A DNA stretch of 63,057 bases, the filler included, from Folioceros fuciformis (Eukaryota): assembly GCA_049999805.1 (NCBI GenBank). It is 8 parts of 8 records of this genome, joined end to end, with 100 filler letters (N's around TTAATTAATTAA, not from the genome) between each part and the next. Parts side by side here need not be neighbours in the genome. Positions count along the whole stretch, not along the records: positions 1 to 15,957 come from JBNGIO010001159.1; 7 more parts are not named here. One strand, written 5' to 3'. Made by a program: the position numbers and the translations under genes. The notes under the pieces are model-generated. The model had not been told where the DNA came from. It saw nothing but the letters and a program-made list of their open reading frames with translations, and made no database searches. Shown here in pieces: positions 1 through 13,300 of this stretch (position 1 is its first letter; the number at the start of each line of letters is the position of its first letter).

Positions 1-75
1 AAAGAAAACCAAACCATACCACTATTAACCCTTTTTCAACCAAAACAAACTACTACCCCAAACTTTGGAGGTTCA
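1..75. repeat. Terminus of a dispersed LTR-like repeat, apparently inserted into the copia integrase tail
   Basis: Bases 1-75 match 26977-27051 at all but ~2 positions and both end ...GGAGGTTCA. Copia coding sequence (VFIPKKKRTKL, in frame with ORF 135) starts at 78. Confidence 0.8.
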
Positions 76-77
76 CA

Positions 78-2421
78 GTCTTCATCCCTAAGAAGAAAAG
101 AACCAAGTTAGCTGCTAAAGCCCTCAAGCTTCTTATGCTTGGGTACACTGAGGGTATTAAGGCATACAAGCTATATGACGTACCTCGTAATCAAGTTATC
201 TATGCTCGCAGCGTCACTTTTGATGAAGATCACTTTTGGCAGCCAGTGGGAGCAGTTCCTCCTGAGGGGGGGTCTCCTTCGAACATTGATTTTTCCTTGT
301 TACCTGCTGTTACCACATTCCCTGATCATGATCCTGAGGAGGTTGCTCCTGCAGGGGGGGAAGCACAGCATGAACTTAACAATCCTGAACAAGCTCCTGA
401 ACAGCAAGACCTGCCACAATTACCTGACCAGGTCTTGGCTCCTCTAGATGTTCCTGCTGATTTGCAGCAGCAACCTCCTGCTGCAGATCCTGCAGCCTAT
501 TCCTGTGCCGCCAGATTTGTCTGATGCTTCAGATGACGATGCTGATCATGCTGATTCTGCTAGTGATGAAGATGCCATCTTTGACCAGCCTTCGCCACCT
601 ATACAGCCTCCACAGCCTGCACTTCGTTATCCTGCCAGAGAGCGACGAGCACCAGATTTCTATCAGTCCGAGGATTTTCGACATCCTACGGCTAATGCAG
701 CTATACCCTTGGACCCTATTGAACCTCAGTCCTATGAAGAAGCCATTAGCCGACCTGATGCTGCTGAATGGAGAAAAGCTATCCAATCTGAGTATGATTC
801 CTTAATAAAAAATGGCACATGGGAGCTTGCAAAGTTACCTCCTGGACGAAAAGTTGTATCCTGCAAATGGGTCTTCAAGCTGAAAGTCAAAGCTGATGGC
901 TCATTTGATCGATACAAGGCACGGCTTGTTGCTCGTGGGTTCTCACAAGTGCCAGGACTTGACTATTTTGAAACATACGCTCCAATCATGAAGCTTGCTA
1001 CTTTCCGCATTATCTGTGCCCTAGCAGCATACCATGATCATGAGTTAGACATGTTTGACGTCAAAACAGCTTTTCTACATGGGAAACTAGACACTGAAAT
1101 CTATATGCAACAACCTACAGGCTATGAAGTAAAGGGAAAAGAAGACCATGTCTTACTTCTCAAGAAAACCTTGTATGGGCTAAAGCAATCAGCTCTGGAA
1201 TGGAACGCAGTCCTTGATGAAGAACTGCGTGCTTTAGGTTTCATTAAATGTATCTCTGACAACAGCCTGTACGTGTACAGATCCGGAGGTGTGGTGTGCT
1301 ACCTTGCAGTTTATGTTGACGACTTGATTCTCTCCTGTAACAGCCCTACATTCATCACAAAGATCAACAAGTTGTTAGCCTCCAAGTTTGAAATGACAAA
1401 TCTTGGAGCACTTGAGAGCTGTTTAGGAGTGCTAATCAAACGTGACAGGAAACAGAAATCTATTTCACTTACTCAGCCTAGGTATCTGCTTGAGTGTGCT
1501 GAACAGCTTGGCTTAAAGGATGCTAAGCCAGCTGCCACTCCGTTACCATCTGGACTCAAGTACAGCAAGTCTATGTGTCCTGAAACACAGAAAGAAAAGG
1601 ATCAGATGGCAGCAGTCCCTTACAGGAAGGGTGTTGGTAAGCTTATTTACGCAGCCAATACTACCAGACCTGACATAACGTTCGCCACCAGCGTGCTTTC
1701 ACAGTACCTGGAAAACCCTAGACAGTTGCACTGGACAGGGGTTAAACGGGTTGTTAGGTATCTCAAAGGCACAGCAGATGTGGGAATCAATTTTAGATAT
1801 GTACCTGGGTCATCTCTACAACTTGATGTGTACACTGACTCTGATTACGCTGGAGACGTGGATACCAGGCGGTCAGTGTCTGGGTACGTGGTGATGATTG
1901 CAGGAGGTCCTATCTGCTGGTACAGTAAAAAGCAACCAACAGTTGCTACATCAAGCACGGAGGCAGAGTATCGAGTGCTTACCGCCGCAGCAAAGGAAAT
2001 TGCTTGGTGCAGATCAGTCTTCAAGGAACTTGGTTTGCCACTCCCTACCTGCACAACCATAAAGACTGACAACCAGGGCTCGATGAATTTAGCACAGAAC
2101 CCTGTTTTCCACTCTCGCACGAAGCATGTGGAGGTGGAATATCATTTCATCAGAGACCTTGTGAAATCTGACCAGATAGCGTTGGAGTACGTGCCAACTG
2201 CAGACAACCCCGCTGACATCTTTACTAAAGCCCTCACTAGGGATATACATGTGAGGCACATGAGAAGTTTAGGTATGGGCAGCTCGAGAGCAGTCCAGAA
2301 ACCCTATCTACATCAGCTTAGCCTAATGCCTAATGAGTGGGAGCACAAGAGTCTCCAGACCCTTACAGAATTCATCTACTGCTGGAGCTCGGGTTGTGCC
2401 CATCAGAAATCACAGGGCTAG
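78..2421 (+). pseudogene. Copia pol (integrase C-terminus, RT, RNase H) with one frameshift near 495
   Basis: ORF 135..524 carries the SH3-like part and ORF 448..2421 carries RT/RNase H in another frame. The Pro/Asp-rich linker switches frame around 495. Confidence 0.88.
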
Positions 2422-2508
2422 CCGTAAAAATCAGACATGAAGGAACTGTTCAGTGGATGAAGCTTACAGCTATATGTAATCGTGAGCAGCTCCTACAGGT
2501 TACCGAAA

Positions 2509-3177
2509 TTAGCAAACAGCAGCAATTTCGAGGGACTTACGAGTTCTCTCGGGAGGGAAGGGATCGTAGGTGGTGCCGATTCCCAGATCATCACTGTCAG
2601 ATCCCACAAATCCAAATTTGACGAGCTCCCTCACCAGCTGCCTGACCTCATCGACTTCTAAAGGAAACATTCGAGGACTCCTTGGGGGCACGTTTGCCAT
2701 CATATCTCGCAGCTCCAGGACTTTGCTGCGCGTCATCTTCAGTAGTTCTTCGACTTCCTCACACTTCCTCTTCGTGTTAGCCAGGTGAACCAGGAGATTG
2801 CGATCTGCCTGCGTAGGCCAGCCCTCTGGTTTCTTCGCCCTCTCTACAGCACAGAGGGGCGATGGGTCAATCATCGCAGGTCGTTCCTCCCGCGGTGACT
2901 CCCGCAGTCTCTTGTTATCTCTGCCACCGACACCGCTGCTTCTTGAAGACATGATGCCAAAGACCAGCGCACCTGAAGTCGCAGCAGTGCACAGGATGGC
3001 AAAGGCCAACAGTCTGTTTAGATCGGAAACTGTGAAGAGGGCGCACTCCACTGGTTCTTGTACGCGCGCTTTAAAGAGGGAACTCGAAGCGCCTGATTCC
3101 ATTACGCCCCGTTGTGCTCCAGCTACTCATGTCTGTACAAAGGCGATGGGGAGTAACGCAGCAGACCTCGAGTCCAT
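2509..3177 (-). CDS. Antisense accessory ORF inside the copia 3' region (hydrophobic helix + coiled-coil-like segment), one in-frame TGA
   Basis: 197-aa ORF 2509..3102. The same frame extends to a GCCATGG start at 3177 with a single TGA at 3127-3129. It lies between RNase H and the PPT. Confidence 0.5.
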
Positions 3178-3253
3178 GGCTGAGGCAGCTAGAACACGTT
3201 TCCCTCGGCGAACTTAAGACAGTTTTTTTTTCGCAATGATCAATAAGTGGGAG

Positions 3254-3394
3254 TAATGGAAGATAGTGTATTGAATCATTGCTTAGGGTTTCGTTTCATA
3301 TGTAGCTAGTGTGAATAGGGATATGGTTTTCATTTTAGCTACTTGTCGCTTCGCTAGGGTTGTGTCTCTAGCTAAAGGTCATGTCCTTTCAACA
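3254..3394 (+). repeat. Putative short (~141 nt) 3' LTR of the copia element
   Basis: Directly follows the PPT. Ends TAATGGAAG...CTTTCAACA form an imperfect inverted repeat. No 5' LTR is present in the window to confirm it. Confidence 0.55.
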
Positions 3395-5640
3395 GATAGT
3401 TTAAGTCTAGTTGGTTTCTTAATTAACTTACTTCTTCTTGATAATAAATAATGATGTAATTACTTAAATGTAACTGATTTACACCTTCTTATTAATTTTG
3501 TCATCCTCTTCGTAGGGATGCGCGCGAGTTGCTGGCTATCTTGTACTTCTCATTATGTGCCAAGAGTTCTCTCCCAAATGGTGGCTCATGTTCCTCAACC
3601 ACAAAATCAAAATTGTGGGCATCCAAGAATGTTGTGCAAAAAAGTTTCTCCCGCAGCGTATCCATGAGCAACACTTCTATTCCATGTGACCATGTTGTGC
3701 ACAAGGCCATAATTTCCTCTTGAAATGTCATACCCAGCTCTCTTGCCTGACCAAGCATACCCACCCGTAGTCTTTCACTGCAAGCTGCCCACACTTCACT
3801 ATTAGCATCAACATTGGTTGTTCGAAGGACGGGCAACGGCCCACGATGTACAATGCTAGCCTTTTCCATAATAAATGTTGGGTGCACCGCTTCCAACCCA
3901 CCATATTCAAGGACCTGCACCACCCACACTTCGTATCCCGTAGAACATAGATCTACATTTGGAATTTCAACAGAGCCCAAATTTATGCCTATGCATGCAC
4001 CCTCTCTGCTCCCTCCACATGGCCATAGCACCCACTCCACACAGGGTCTTGTAGACAAATAGAGTCACTGGGAGGTGTTCAACAAACCAATATCAGAAAA
4101 CTTTCTTCTTCATGATTGCCATCTTTTGTTCAATTTTCCCCACCTGTTTAAGCGGTCGGCACAACCCCCTCTCAAGGCCTGTCCAAAGTATGCATTGCTT
4201 TTCCTCTCATGGAGGTCCAATTGTTCGCAGTAAAACATAATTCATGTACCGAGTGTGGATGAGGTTGTCCATTTCTAATTCCAATTCCTTCCGCATGTTC
4301 AGCTCACCCATGTCCTCCTGCTGCACAATTGAAGGGTCCTCTTAGAAGCTAGGCTCTAGGTCTACAACCAAGATTGAAAATTATGATCCAACCACAAAGC
4401 ATGAGAACATCAGCTGGGATGCTGGGGTTCCAACTTCAACGATGTAGCTGGAAGTCTTCAAACCGCTCTCCGCCCTCATGGCTTCAAGAACATCTACCAC
4501 CATGGAACCCAAGTCCCTTGCCCAATCCATAATGCCTAGCCCCCATCATGGATGGTAGGCAACCCATGAATTCCATGTTTTAGGAACATTGCCTATGCTC
4601 ATGAGTGTTATTGGTTTAGAATTGCTTGTGTAGATGCACGGTGTCGTGAACTCCTCCTCTGTCGCCAAGAGCGCCACGTTTCTAATAGTTGAAAGTTCCG
4701 ATGACATAGCCCTCTTGCCCAAATTGATGACAATTCTGTCGTTCCAAACTCATAGGCAGTAGCAACAACATAGTCACCAGACATTACAGGGGTAGTTCAA
4801 TCCTAACTCAAGACAGGCTTCACCCCATTCCTCCTCATCTCCATTTCCTTCTTCGACGCCACAGGGCAAAATAGACTAGCTTGGTTTGATGCCTCATTGT
4901 CGAAAAGATTTCAAAGTATAGGCTCACCGCCTGATGCACTCCATTCTCCCCTCCAAAGTGCGTGCTGTAATTTGGACAAGAGTGGTATGTGGATAAAGAA
5001 GGGGGCTCCATGACCACAAGATGCGCAGGATGGTGGGTGCGAATGAACTCCTTATACTCATCTTCGAGCGTAACTTGGCTCTGCCATTTTGTCACCCATT
5101 ATTTACTCGTGACTGTAGAGTACAGTCTTACTCTCCACGCATTCTATGCAAGGAGCTACGTAGCCTTGAATTGTGTCCCACAATTGACGTCGATTACTCC
5201 CCGAGCACTCACATGGCCGTCCCAAGGCAGAATGCGCAGATACCCAAAATTTGGTGCCCTTAACCCGACTATGAGTGTGTTGTACAACCACTACACACTA
5301 ACATATCACTCCATCATGTGCAGCATTGGGACAAGGCAATGGCATCCGGCTTATCGATTCATGTTGTGCTCTTATCGTATCAGGATTTCTTGACCCTCAA
5401 GCATTTGATCCATGTGACAGGATGTGCGTAGGATGCACGATGTGAGGCCCCAAACCACCACCCCACTGCCCCACCACCCACACCGTTGCATGGGGAAGTG
5501 ACCATTCCCTCTGACTCCCCTGGCAAGGCTCTCAACAATCAGGTAGTCAGGCGGGACAAGGGCTTCCAACCTCCTCTACCCCCCCTCATGAAGGATGCAT
5601 GATGCATCAATTTGGCACTAGATCTGACTAGGAACGGGCT

Positions 5641-6440
5641 TTGCACCAAGAGGCTTCCACACCACTCTTCGTTATCGACAAAGCAATTACGTCGGAGGAG
5701 ATGCCTTTATCTGCCACACTCATTTTGTTGACCATTCAAGAATGCTACGACATCTCGGATAGTGGAATGTCAGTCATTTTTTGGTTCCTCTCCATCATCC
5801 TACTCCCCAAGCCCAACACACTACCGGTGTCTCAAAGTGTTGTTCAAAATCGGGCATACCTTTCATCGTATTCCGGCTTGGGTGAATGGGTTCATGATAG
5901 CTTGGGGCAACCTCTCCAATGCAACCATATGTGACAAATGTGGGTAGGCATTATTTGTGCAAAGCAAAGGAGATAGAAGCTTGCGAATACATTGCTGGAC
6001 ACTCTATCTTCTACTTTCCTATTGCCAAAAGACTTACTTGTATGTTCATGTCCCCAAGCTTAGCACAACTATTCACATGGTGGCATCGTCATAAGAGCGC
6101 TAATGAGGCAATTTGTCTTCTAGCCGAGCATGGCGTTGGATGGTTTCCATTGAGAACTTTAGTGGAAAGCCATTGAGAACTTTGGTTCTTAATCGGATAT
6201 TTCAGGGGTGGTGATGCTTAATCAGCATCACCACTAACGTCTTGAACCCGGCTGGTCATTGCTCTTCACAATATTCCATATGGCCTATAATGCTAGTCAT
6301 CCACAACTTCCTATCATGGGTGGCATTGAAGAAACATCGGATTCGACTCCCTCTTATCATTCCTAGACCAAGACAACCACCAAACATGAACATATTCCTC
6401 ATGCCGCTCATGTCCAAGTTAGAGTCCCTCTTCTAAGGCA
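5641..6440 (+). mobile_element. Degenerate CACTA/En-Spm (Tnp2, Transposase_21-like) transposase remnant
   Basis: Frameshifted fragments in the expected order: LLPKPNTLPVS, FHRIPAWVNG...CDKCG, YFPIAKRL...FTWWH, NPAGHCSSQYSIWPIMLVIHNFLSW...IIPRPRQP...IFLMPLMSKL. Confidence 0.8.
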
Positions 6441-6749
6441 TAATGGTCAACAACTTTTCCCGACCAGTTGAAGATCCCCGTCTTGCTCCAAGAGATCTTG
6501 CCTTTCAAGATCTGAACTTCAACCCTAAGATTATCTAAACTTAGCATATATTTTATATATACTAAACATGAATTCATGTATATATGGGGTGGTAAGCCCT
6601 TATATTGATATACACACATATTCTTGCAACAGTGCACATAGATGCCTCCCCTTGGGTCCTTCCTTACCATGATGCACACCAAGGCTACTGCGCATCTTTC
6701 CACTCTTTGATGGCTAACTTACACGAGATCGATGAATGAATCAACTTTA

Positions 6750-7850
6750 CTATCCCCCCTCCCTCGATGCAAGTGGGTGATCACAACTCATGATACTTGA
6801 TGCCTTTGGGGAGGAAGTGAGACATCTAACAAACCTTTGTTGCTCACTCACCAAATTGAAAGAAGATAGAGCTAGGGGTTGGTTTACTTGGGCCAAGGTC
6901 AAGTGAGTGAAGAAGGGAGCTTTCCCTTCCAAGTTCTTCTTTGAAAGACTCACAAGCAACCGTCACAGATATAGGACTCTAGCGTTACCAAACACTCAAG
7001 GTATCATCCAAAATTCATTAGAAGGATTGCTACAACTCATTATTGCTTCTACATGGGTATTTTCTCTAGCTTAAGTAAAGCTGCCAATTAGGAGGTGCAA
7101 TGGGCCACGAATTATGACCGGATGTCAGCAAAGGTGTTAGAGGCCCAACACTTACTCTTGAACAAGCCCATATCAGCTGCTAAAGTCATCTAAGCTTTAA
7201 AGAGTATGCTGAAGAATAAGTCTTCGGCGCATGATGGCATACTATTGGAGTTTCTACTATGGGGATGGGATTTCATGGGCCTACTCTTTATGGAAGCTAT
7301 GGAGGCAATATAGGAGGAAGGTAGCATGAGGAGCTGGTTTAACCTATATGTCATTTCTCTTATTCCTAAGCATGATGCAAGTTTATTTCACTCCAATTAG
7401 CTTTGTATCACTTTTGTTGACTACAACGCACAAGGTGATTGCTAAGGTCTTGGTGAATTGTATCAAGCCCTTTTTGGACAAGTGGATAGAATCCGAGCAA
7501 CTCAACTTCATCCAAACCAAGAGCATTCCAGATAACCTCTTGCTTTTACGGGAAGCCAAGTACAATGTACAAGCTAAGAAGGAAGCGGTTGTTCTCATCT
7601 CCTTGAACTTTTACAAGGCATATGATTTGGCAAAATGACACTTTTGGGAAGATTCCTTCGCAGCTTGGCTTAGGTACCAATTTTTGCAAATGGGTAGCAA
7701 TTCTATGTGAAGACGCTAGTGCAAAAGTTAGTTAGTCAATGGCTCGTTCATAGAGAAGTTTGATATCACCCGGTTAGTTTGGCAAGGGTGCCTGTTGGCA
7801 CCTTTTTGTTTTCTCATAGTCACTAACTTTTTGATTTGAGTTGTTAAGCA
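6750..7850 (+). mobile_element. Degenerate L1-like LINE ORF2 reverse transcriptase remnant
   Basis: Decayed motifs KNKSSAHDG...EF, ISLIPK, PISF...HKVIAKVLVN, EQLNFIQTKSIPDN, ISLNFYKAYD and QGCLLAPFCF correspond to KSPGPDG / RPISL / LDFEKAYD / QGCPLSP. Multiple stops and frameshifts. Confidence 0.82.
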
Positions 7851-9280
7851 TGACCCAACAATCGAAGAACCTAGCCAGGCTCAACACACAAGTACCCGGG
7901 GTTGCCCTTCCAGGAGATAGATGAGAATGGAGAAATTGGCATATATGTATAAGAAGCTCTGAGCTTGACGGGCTTATTCCGCGGTTTTGAACTTTTGGGA
8001 AAAAATATTGTAAACATATTGACGTAAAAATTGCAAGGTACGAAAATGGTCACACAAACAAATGAGCAAAATTTTACACATACGGTTTGGATGCACATTT
8101 TCACATTCAATCCCAAAGTAGCACTAAAATGTACTTACCATCGTTATTCATCACTGGGCTAAAATATTGAGATACATGCAACGTAATATTAGTTGTTGGA
8201 TGCGCCGGCCTGATGTACCCAGCCATTCAATTGTTAATAGAATAGATAATCTTTCGTGTGTCTTCTTTCGTGTGTGTCTGTTCTTGCATTAACAATTCTA
8301 ACTCAAATCGTCGTCTCCAAGCCATTCTCAACACGACCACAATGATGGCTTGGATATGGTATATGAAGGAGTAGGTGGTATGGGCAATCACAGCATGAGT
8401 GCACACGCAACGTGCTCATGTTCAATCTTTTGTCTTGCAGGCCACGGAAGAATGCAATTGTGAATTTCCTTCAGAGTCCAAGCCACTAATACCTTAAACA
8501 ACTTTTTATGTAAGCCATGGTTATATTGCAGAACACGGTCTAGTCTCAAGGAGAGCTGGTGTCCCTATCATGCAGAACATGTGAATGGCACGGAACCGTG
8601 CACCCCGCCATCATATAGTGCATGTGGGTACATGCGCGTGCATTTATGCATCCCCCTTTCGACTACATATGGCATTATGTAGTGGACCTCATTACGAGGG
8701 AGGAGCATTGAGGCAAAGATTGCCAAGATACAAACTTTGAATAAGATGGAAAAGATGAGGGGCGACAATGCCGATTGGTCTAGAGGTGTTTGCTTAGGAA
8801 TAGGCTGATTCGAAACCCAAAGATTGTGGAAGTGTAACAAACTTTTTTGTGGTAGGCTTCATGTTATGCTGTTATAACAAAATCACTAGTTTGGCAAGCC
8901 TTACGTAACAAGGGCCCCTGAAATTGGTATAACCCACCCAAAAAAGCATGACATGACCCGAGAGCATGTAATAGTGCCACAACAGCACCGAATTTTAGTC
9001 TAGGTTCTCATTCAACAAGCAACTATGTAAGGTATTCTATCAAAATCATTGAATTATTTAGGCTACCATATTTATATCACGTTATACAAATATATATGTA
9101 ACATATACATATATACATGTACATACACTTCTTTGTGTTGCTCATATGGTCATAGGCATTCGACTAGGCGTGGAGGCAGAGAAGGACGATGCTTACCTTT
9201 AGCTTACATTCTGTTGTTGTAGTCATGGCTATTTTCTCAATCGATGGCATATAATAAAAGTAGAGTGTAAAGGTGCTTCC

Positions 9281-9354
9281 ATCCCAAGTCAAGTGTGTCC
9301 ACCTCTTGGAGTGATACATCCCAGGTCAAGTGTGTCCACCTCTTGGAGTGATAC
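9281..9354. repeat. 37-bp tandem duplication (2 copies, 1 mismatch)
   Basis: ATCCCA(A/G)GTCAAGTGTGTCCACCTCTTGGAGTGATAC twice in succession. Confidence 0.9.
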
Positions 9355-10394
9355 TCCTTGCACCATGAGGGCGTTCATGACCTCTTCTTCAAGGTATATT
9401 GACTCCTTTGCTTGAGGTTGAGATCCTTGAGTTAATCCTTTAGTTAGTCCTTTAATTTAAGATTCTTAAGCCAAGTGGTAGGTCCTTGAGCCAAGTGGCC
9501 TTTGTGGGGTCACTTTGCACCCTTGTTTTTGGGCACATGAGTTTTCCCCATCTTTCCAAAGTAAAGTTTTATCATTACCTAATTACAAGCTTAAAATATG
9601 AACATGCTTATCATTCACATGAAATAAATATCACTATAATTTCTAATTTAAATTTAAATGTAATTATAATTATATAAAATAAGATGGAAAATCCATATAT
9701 ATTCTTGATAGAGGAGTGATACCCATAGTAGAAACAATTCACATGAGGAAATAGCCTCCAAAGCACGTAGGTTGGAACTACTCACAAGAGGGATTAGCCT
9801 CCAAAGCACCTAGCTTCCAACTACCAACCGCACCCAAAATTTGGTGATATGGGAGGGGAAAGAAATTTTTAATGATATCTTTATTATACTAAGTAGTAAT
9901 AAAAAATAATATAATAGTATAAAATCTAAGTGAGTGATATAAACGTGATGCGTTGTGTGGGTAAGACGTGACATCCATCCAGGTTTGAGCAATTGCCATG
10001 TCCTAGCAAGAAACTGTCATGTAAACCTTTGGTGGTCGTTGCGGGCAAGGGGGGCCCTAAACTGAGCTGTTGAGGATGGGGACAAACGGTGGACTTGCAG
10101 CGCGAGACTTGCAGGCAAACCTCACCGGCATAGGTCTGGGTAGAGACCAAACGACGGGTGGAGGCATTGGGTCCGGACGAAGCATCCCAGAGACCGTTTT
10201 GGCACAAGTATATGGTGCCGCATCCGATCGCCCGCACCCTGTTTGCTTTGGCACTACTACATACATCTAGCTGCTCTTACTGCGCTGGATGCTGGGGGAG
10301 GGGGAGAGGACGGAGATTATGAGGGGAGAATTGGTCGAGAAGCGCTTAAGTTTACCGTAGTTTTTGGTCTGATCTGAGAGTTGCCGTGTCCAAT

Positions 10395-13300
10395 ATGCGA
10401 GCTGGCGCAGCGGCTCTGCAGCACACTCTGACACCGGAGGCAGCAGTGGTGCTGAAAAATGCAGTGGCGGACGCCAGGAGAAGAGGACACCCCCAGGTAC
10501 AGCCGCTCCATGTCGCTGCCATGCTGTTGGCATTCCCTGGAAGCCCTCTTCGTCAGGCTTGTATGCAGTCCCACCCCTATACAGCATCGCATCCTCTGCA
10601 TTGCCGGGCTCTTGAGCTATGTTTTAATGTAGCCTTAGAGCGTTTGCCGGCTTTACTGCCGACAACCTCGGGGATGCAGTCTCCAGGGTTGAGTAACGCT
10701 CTTGTTGCAGCTCTGAGGAGAGCTCAAGCTCAGCAGCGCCGTGGCTGCCCGGAGCAGCAGCAACAACCGCTTCTGGCTGTGAAGGTTGAAATGGAGCATT
10801 TAGTCATATCTATTCTGGATGATCCCAGCGTCAGTAGAGTCATGCGGGAGGCTGGCTTCAACAGCACGCACGTCAAGTGCAACATGGAGGAAGCAGCTGT
10901 CTGTAACACTCCTCAAGCTTCTGCGTCGTCCCACGTTGCCGATCCTAGCAGCATTGGCTTTACCTGTGCAGGGTCTCAGCCGTACGGTGGTTCCAATATG
11001 CACCTCTCTAGGTTTAGAAGCAAAATCTCTTTGAGTCCAATGGCAGGGGTGGGAGGGTCTGGGGAGTCTTCTCGAAGGGTTGAGCTTAGCCTCTCACAGG
11101 ATACTGCCGACGGCTCCCGTAAGACCTCAAAGCCTGGCAAAATTTCTGCTGGGTTGCCGTCCGGGTTGTTCAGTGAGGAGGAAGTCCGTCACGTCATACA
11201 GATACTCTTGAAGCAGAAAAGGCGGAACCCGATCTTAGTTGGTGACACTGTGCCCACCTTGAATCTTGTGGTTCAGGAACTTGCCCAGCGTATCGAGACT
11301 GGCAATGTGCCTACCCAGTTGCAGGGCGTGCAGTTTCTCTCCCCGAAGTTCACGTCGTTGGCCTCGGGCATGTACAGTAGAGAAGACATGGACAGAAGAT
11401 TGGGAGAGCTTCGCAAGCTTGTGGACAAGTGCATGCCCGCTGGTGCCATTCTATATCTAGGAGACTTGCAGTGGCTGGTAGAGCCTATGGTGGAAGGATT
11501 CATGGCCTTCTGTCCAATGGAGCATGCTGCTTTAGAACTTGGACGCCTACTTTTGCTCTATGGAAGTCACCGAGTGTGGGTGATTGGTACTGCCTCCTGT
11601 CGAACTTACATGCGGTTCCAGTCTCGGCATTCCTTGCTTGAAAGCGAGTGGGAATTGCAACCCATATCATTTGGTGCTGGCATTGTTCTTCCTTCAGAGA
11701 CTAGGTACGTGCGGTCGGAACTGTGTGTACCACTGCTTTGTGCCTGCCCGACTATGGATCTGGTCAGAACTAGTAGAGTAGCTTTGTTGCTTAAACTTTC
11801 TCTGACCTTGTCCAACTTGTTCACAATACTTTCTTAGCGCTGTTGGTACTTTGTTTGGATGTGACTTTCAACAGCTCAAGTAGATCTTGAAGGTCTAGAT
11901 ACTGCAGTCTATTGTGCTTGTTGTACTGAAACAACTGTCATTCTGCAGAAGCAACATTGCCAGGAGCGGTTCTCTGCAGACTTTGCCTTGGCATCATGCT
12001 TCACAGCAGGAGAAAGCCTCACTTTGGCCATCAGTGGAAGAGGAAATCAACAGCTGGAGCTGCTGCTCAGAGTGCTTGTTGAATTGTGAGCGGGAGCATG
12101 TGTTGCTGCAGGAGCAGGAGAAGGCAAAGCAACAGTTAGAGTCGACACAATCATGCTCATCGTCATTGCATGGAGATGCGAATGAGACGTGTCATAGTCT
12201 AGTTCAAGCCGTCAGCTCTCAGCAAGAGAAGCATGTACATGCCATGCACTTCAAATGCAGTCAGGTAGTTTGTACTGAACACAATGATGAATTTCTACTT
12301 ATCTTGCATGTAGCAAAATGGAGCTGATTTGTTTCTGATACGACTCTCTGATTATTTTTGTTGACTGATGCTGGTTCATTATCCAGGATAGTAAAGATGC
12401 AGAGTTGATTCCGGAGCTGCAGAAGAAGTGGCAAGAGACTTGTCATAAGTTACACTGTCATAAACGACCCCCTCAGGTGTCGTGGGATGCTCCACCGGAG
12501 CCCTCATCATCATCTAGTCCTGCGTCTGCTGACGTAAGAAGACAACATCGTCGGTTCCAAACTCCACAAAGCTGCATTTGTCAGCCTGCTGCAGTTCATG
12601 GGACAAAGGCACTGGATATTGTCAAGGGCTCAAGTCTAGCCACTGGTTGGCGAAGTCCTCGGTTGGTCACAAATTCTTGGTTCAAGTCACCATCGTGGCT
12701 GTCAAATACTTTGCAAGGGGGCCATGGCGGGCAAATCAGTAAATGGCCAGGTATGCAGTGCAGCAATAATGCAGGTGAAGACATTTTGTCCTTGGAATGT
12801 AGCAGCCAGCAGATTACTTGTGGCAGTCTATCATCTCAGGAAGATGGGGTAAGTAATAAAACTATCAGGCGTAAAGGTGTCGAGACAGAATTAGCTTTGA
12901 GGACACCATATGCAGAGGCCCTCCCACAACTCACTTTGGGGGGAGAAACTCACGTCCCCTGCAGAATCGGCAGCACTCAGCCTTCCACGCAGTGTGAGCA
13001 GGTGCAGGATTTTGACAGCTGTTCTTCGTCTGTTCAAAATCCTGGCCAGCACAATGTGCCCTGTTTGTTACCCCAAGAAGCTAAAAGCAACGATGTGGAA
13101 CAGAAAGTGCCTTTCAATCCTGTCAAATCCTTCCAGATGCCAAGAGCTGGTGTGGTGCAGCCACCACACCGTAGGGGGGAACCTCCTGGAGTGTCCAAGC
13201 AGTCTGATGCTGAGGCGTCTAGCCTATGCAAGGGCCTCGTAAGCAGGGTGCCCTGGCAGGCCGAGCCAATCAAGGTGATAGCAAACACAGTGTCACAGTG

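Larger units (their letters stand above)
76..3394 (+). mobile_element. Ty1/copia LTR retrotransposon, 5'-truncated (integrase tail, RT, RNase H, extra 3' region, PPT, 3' LTR)
   Basis: Post-integrase SH3-like motif (KRTKL...LGYTEGIKAYKLYD), RT motifs (KWVFKLK, YKARLVARGF, DVKTAFL, LYGLKQS, YVDDL) and RNase H motifs (YTDSDYAGD, STEAEY, TDNQG, HSRTKHVEV, NPADIFTK). PPT-like AAGTGGGAG at 3245-3253. Confidence 0.92.
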
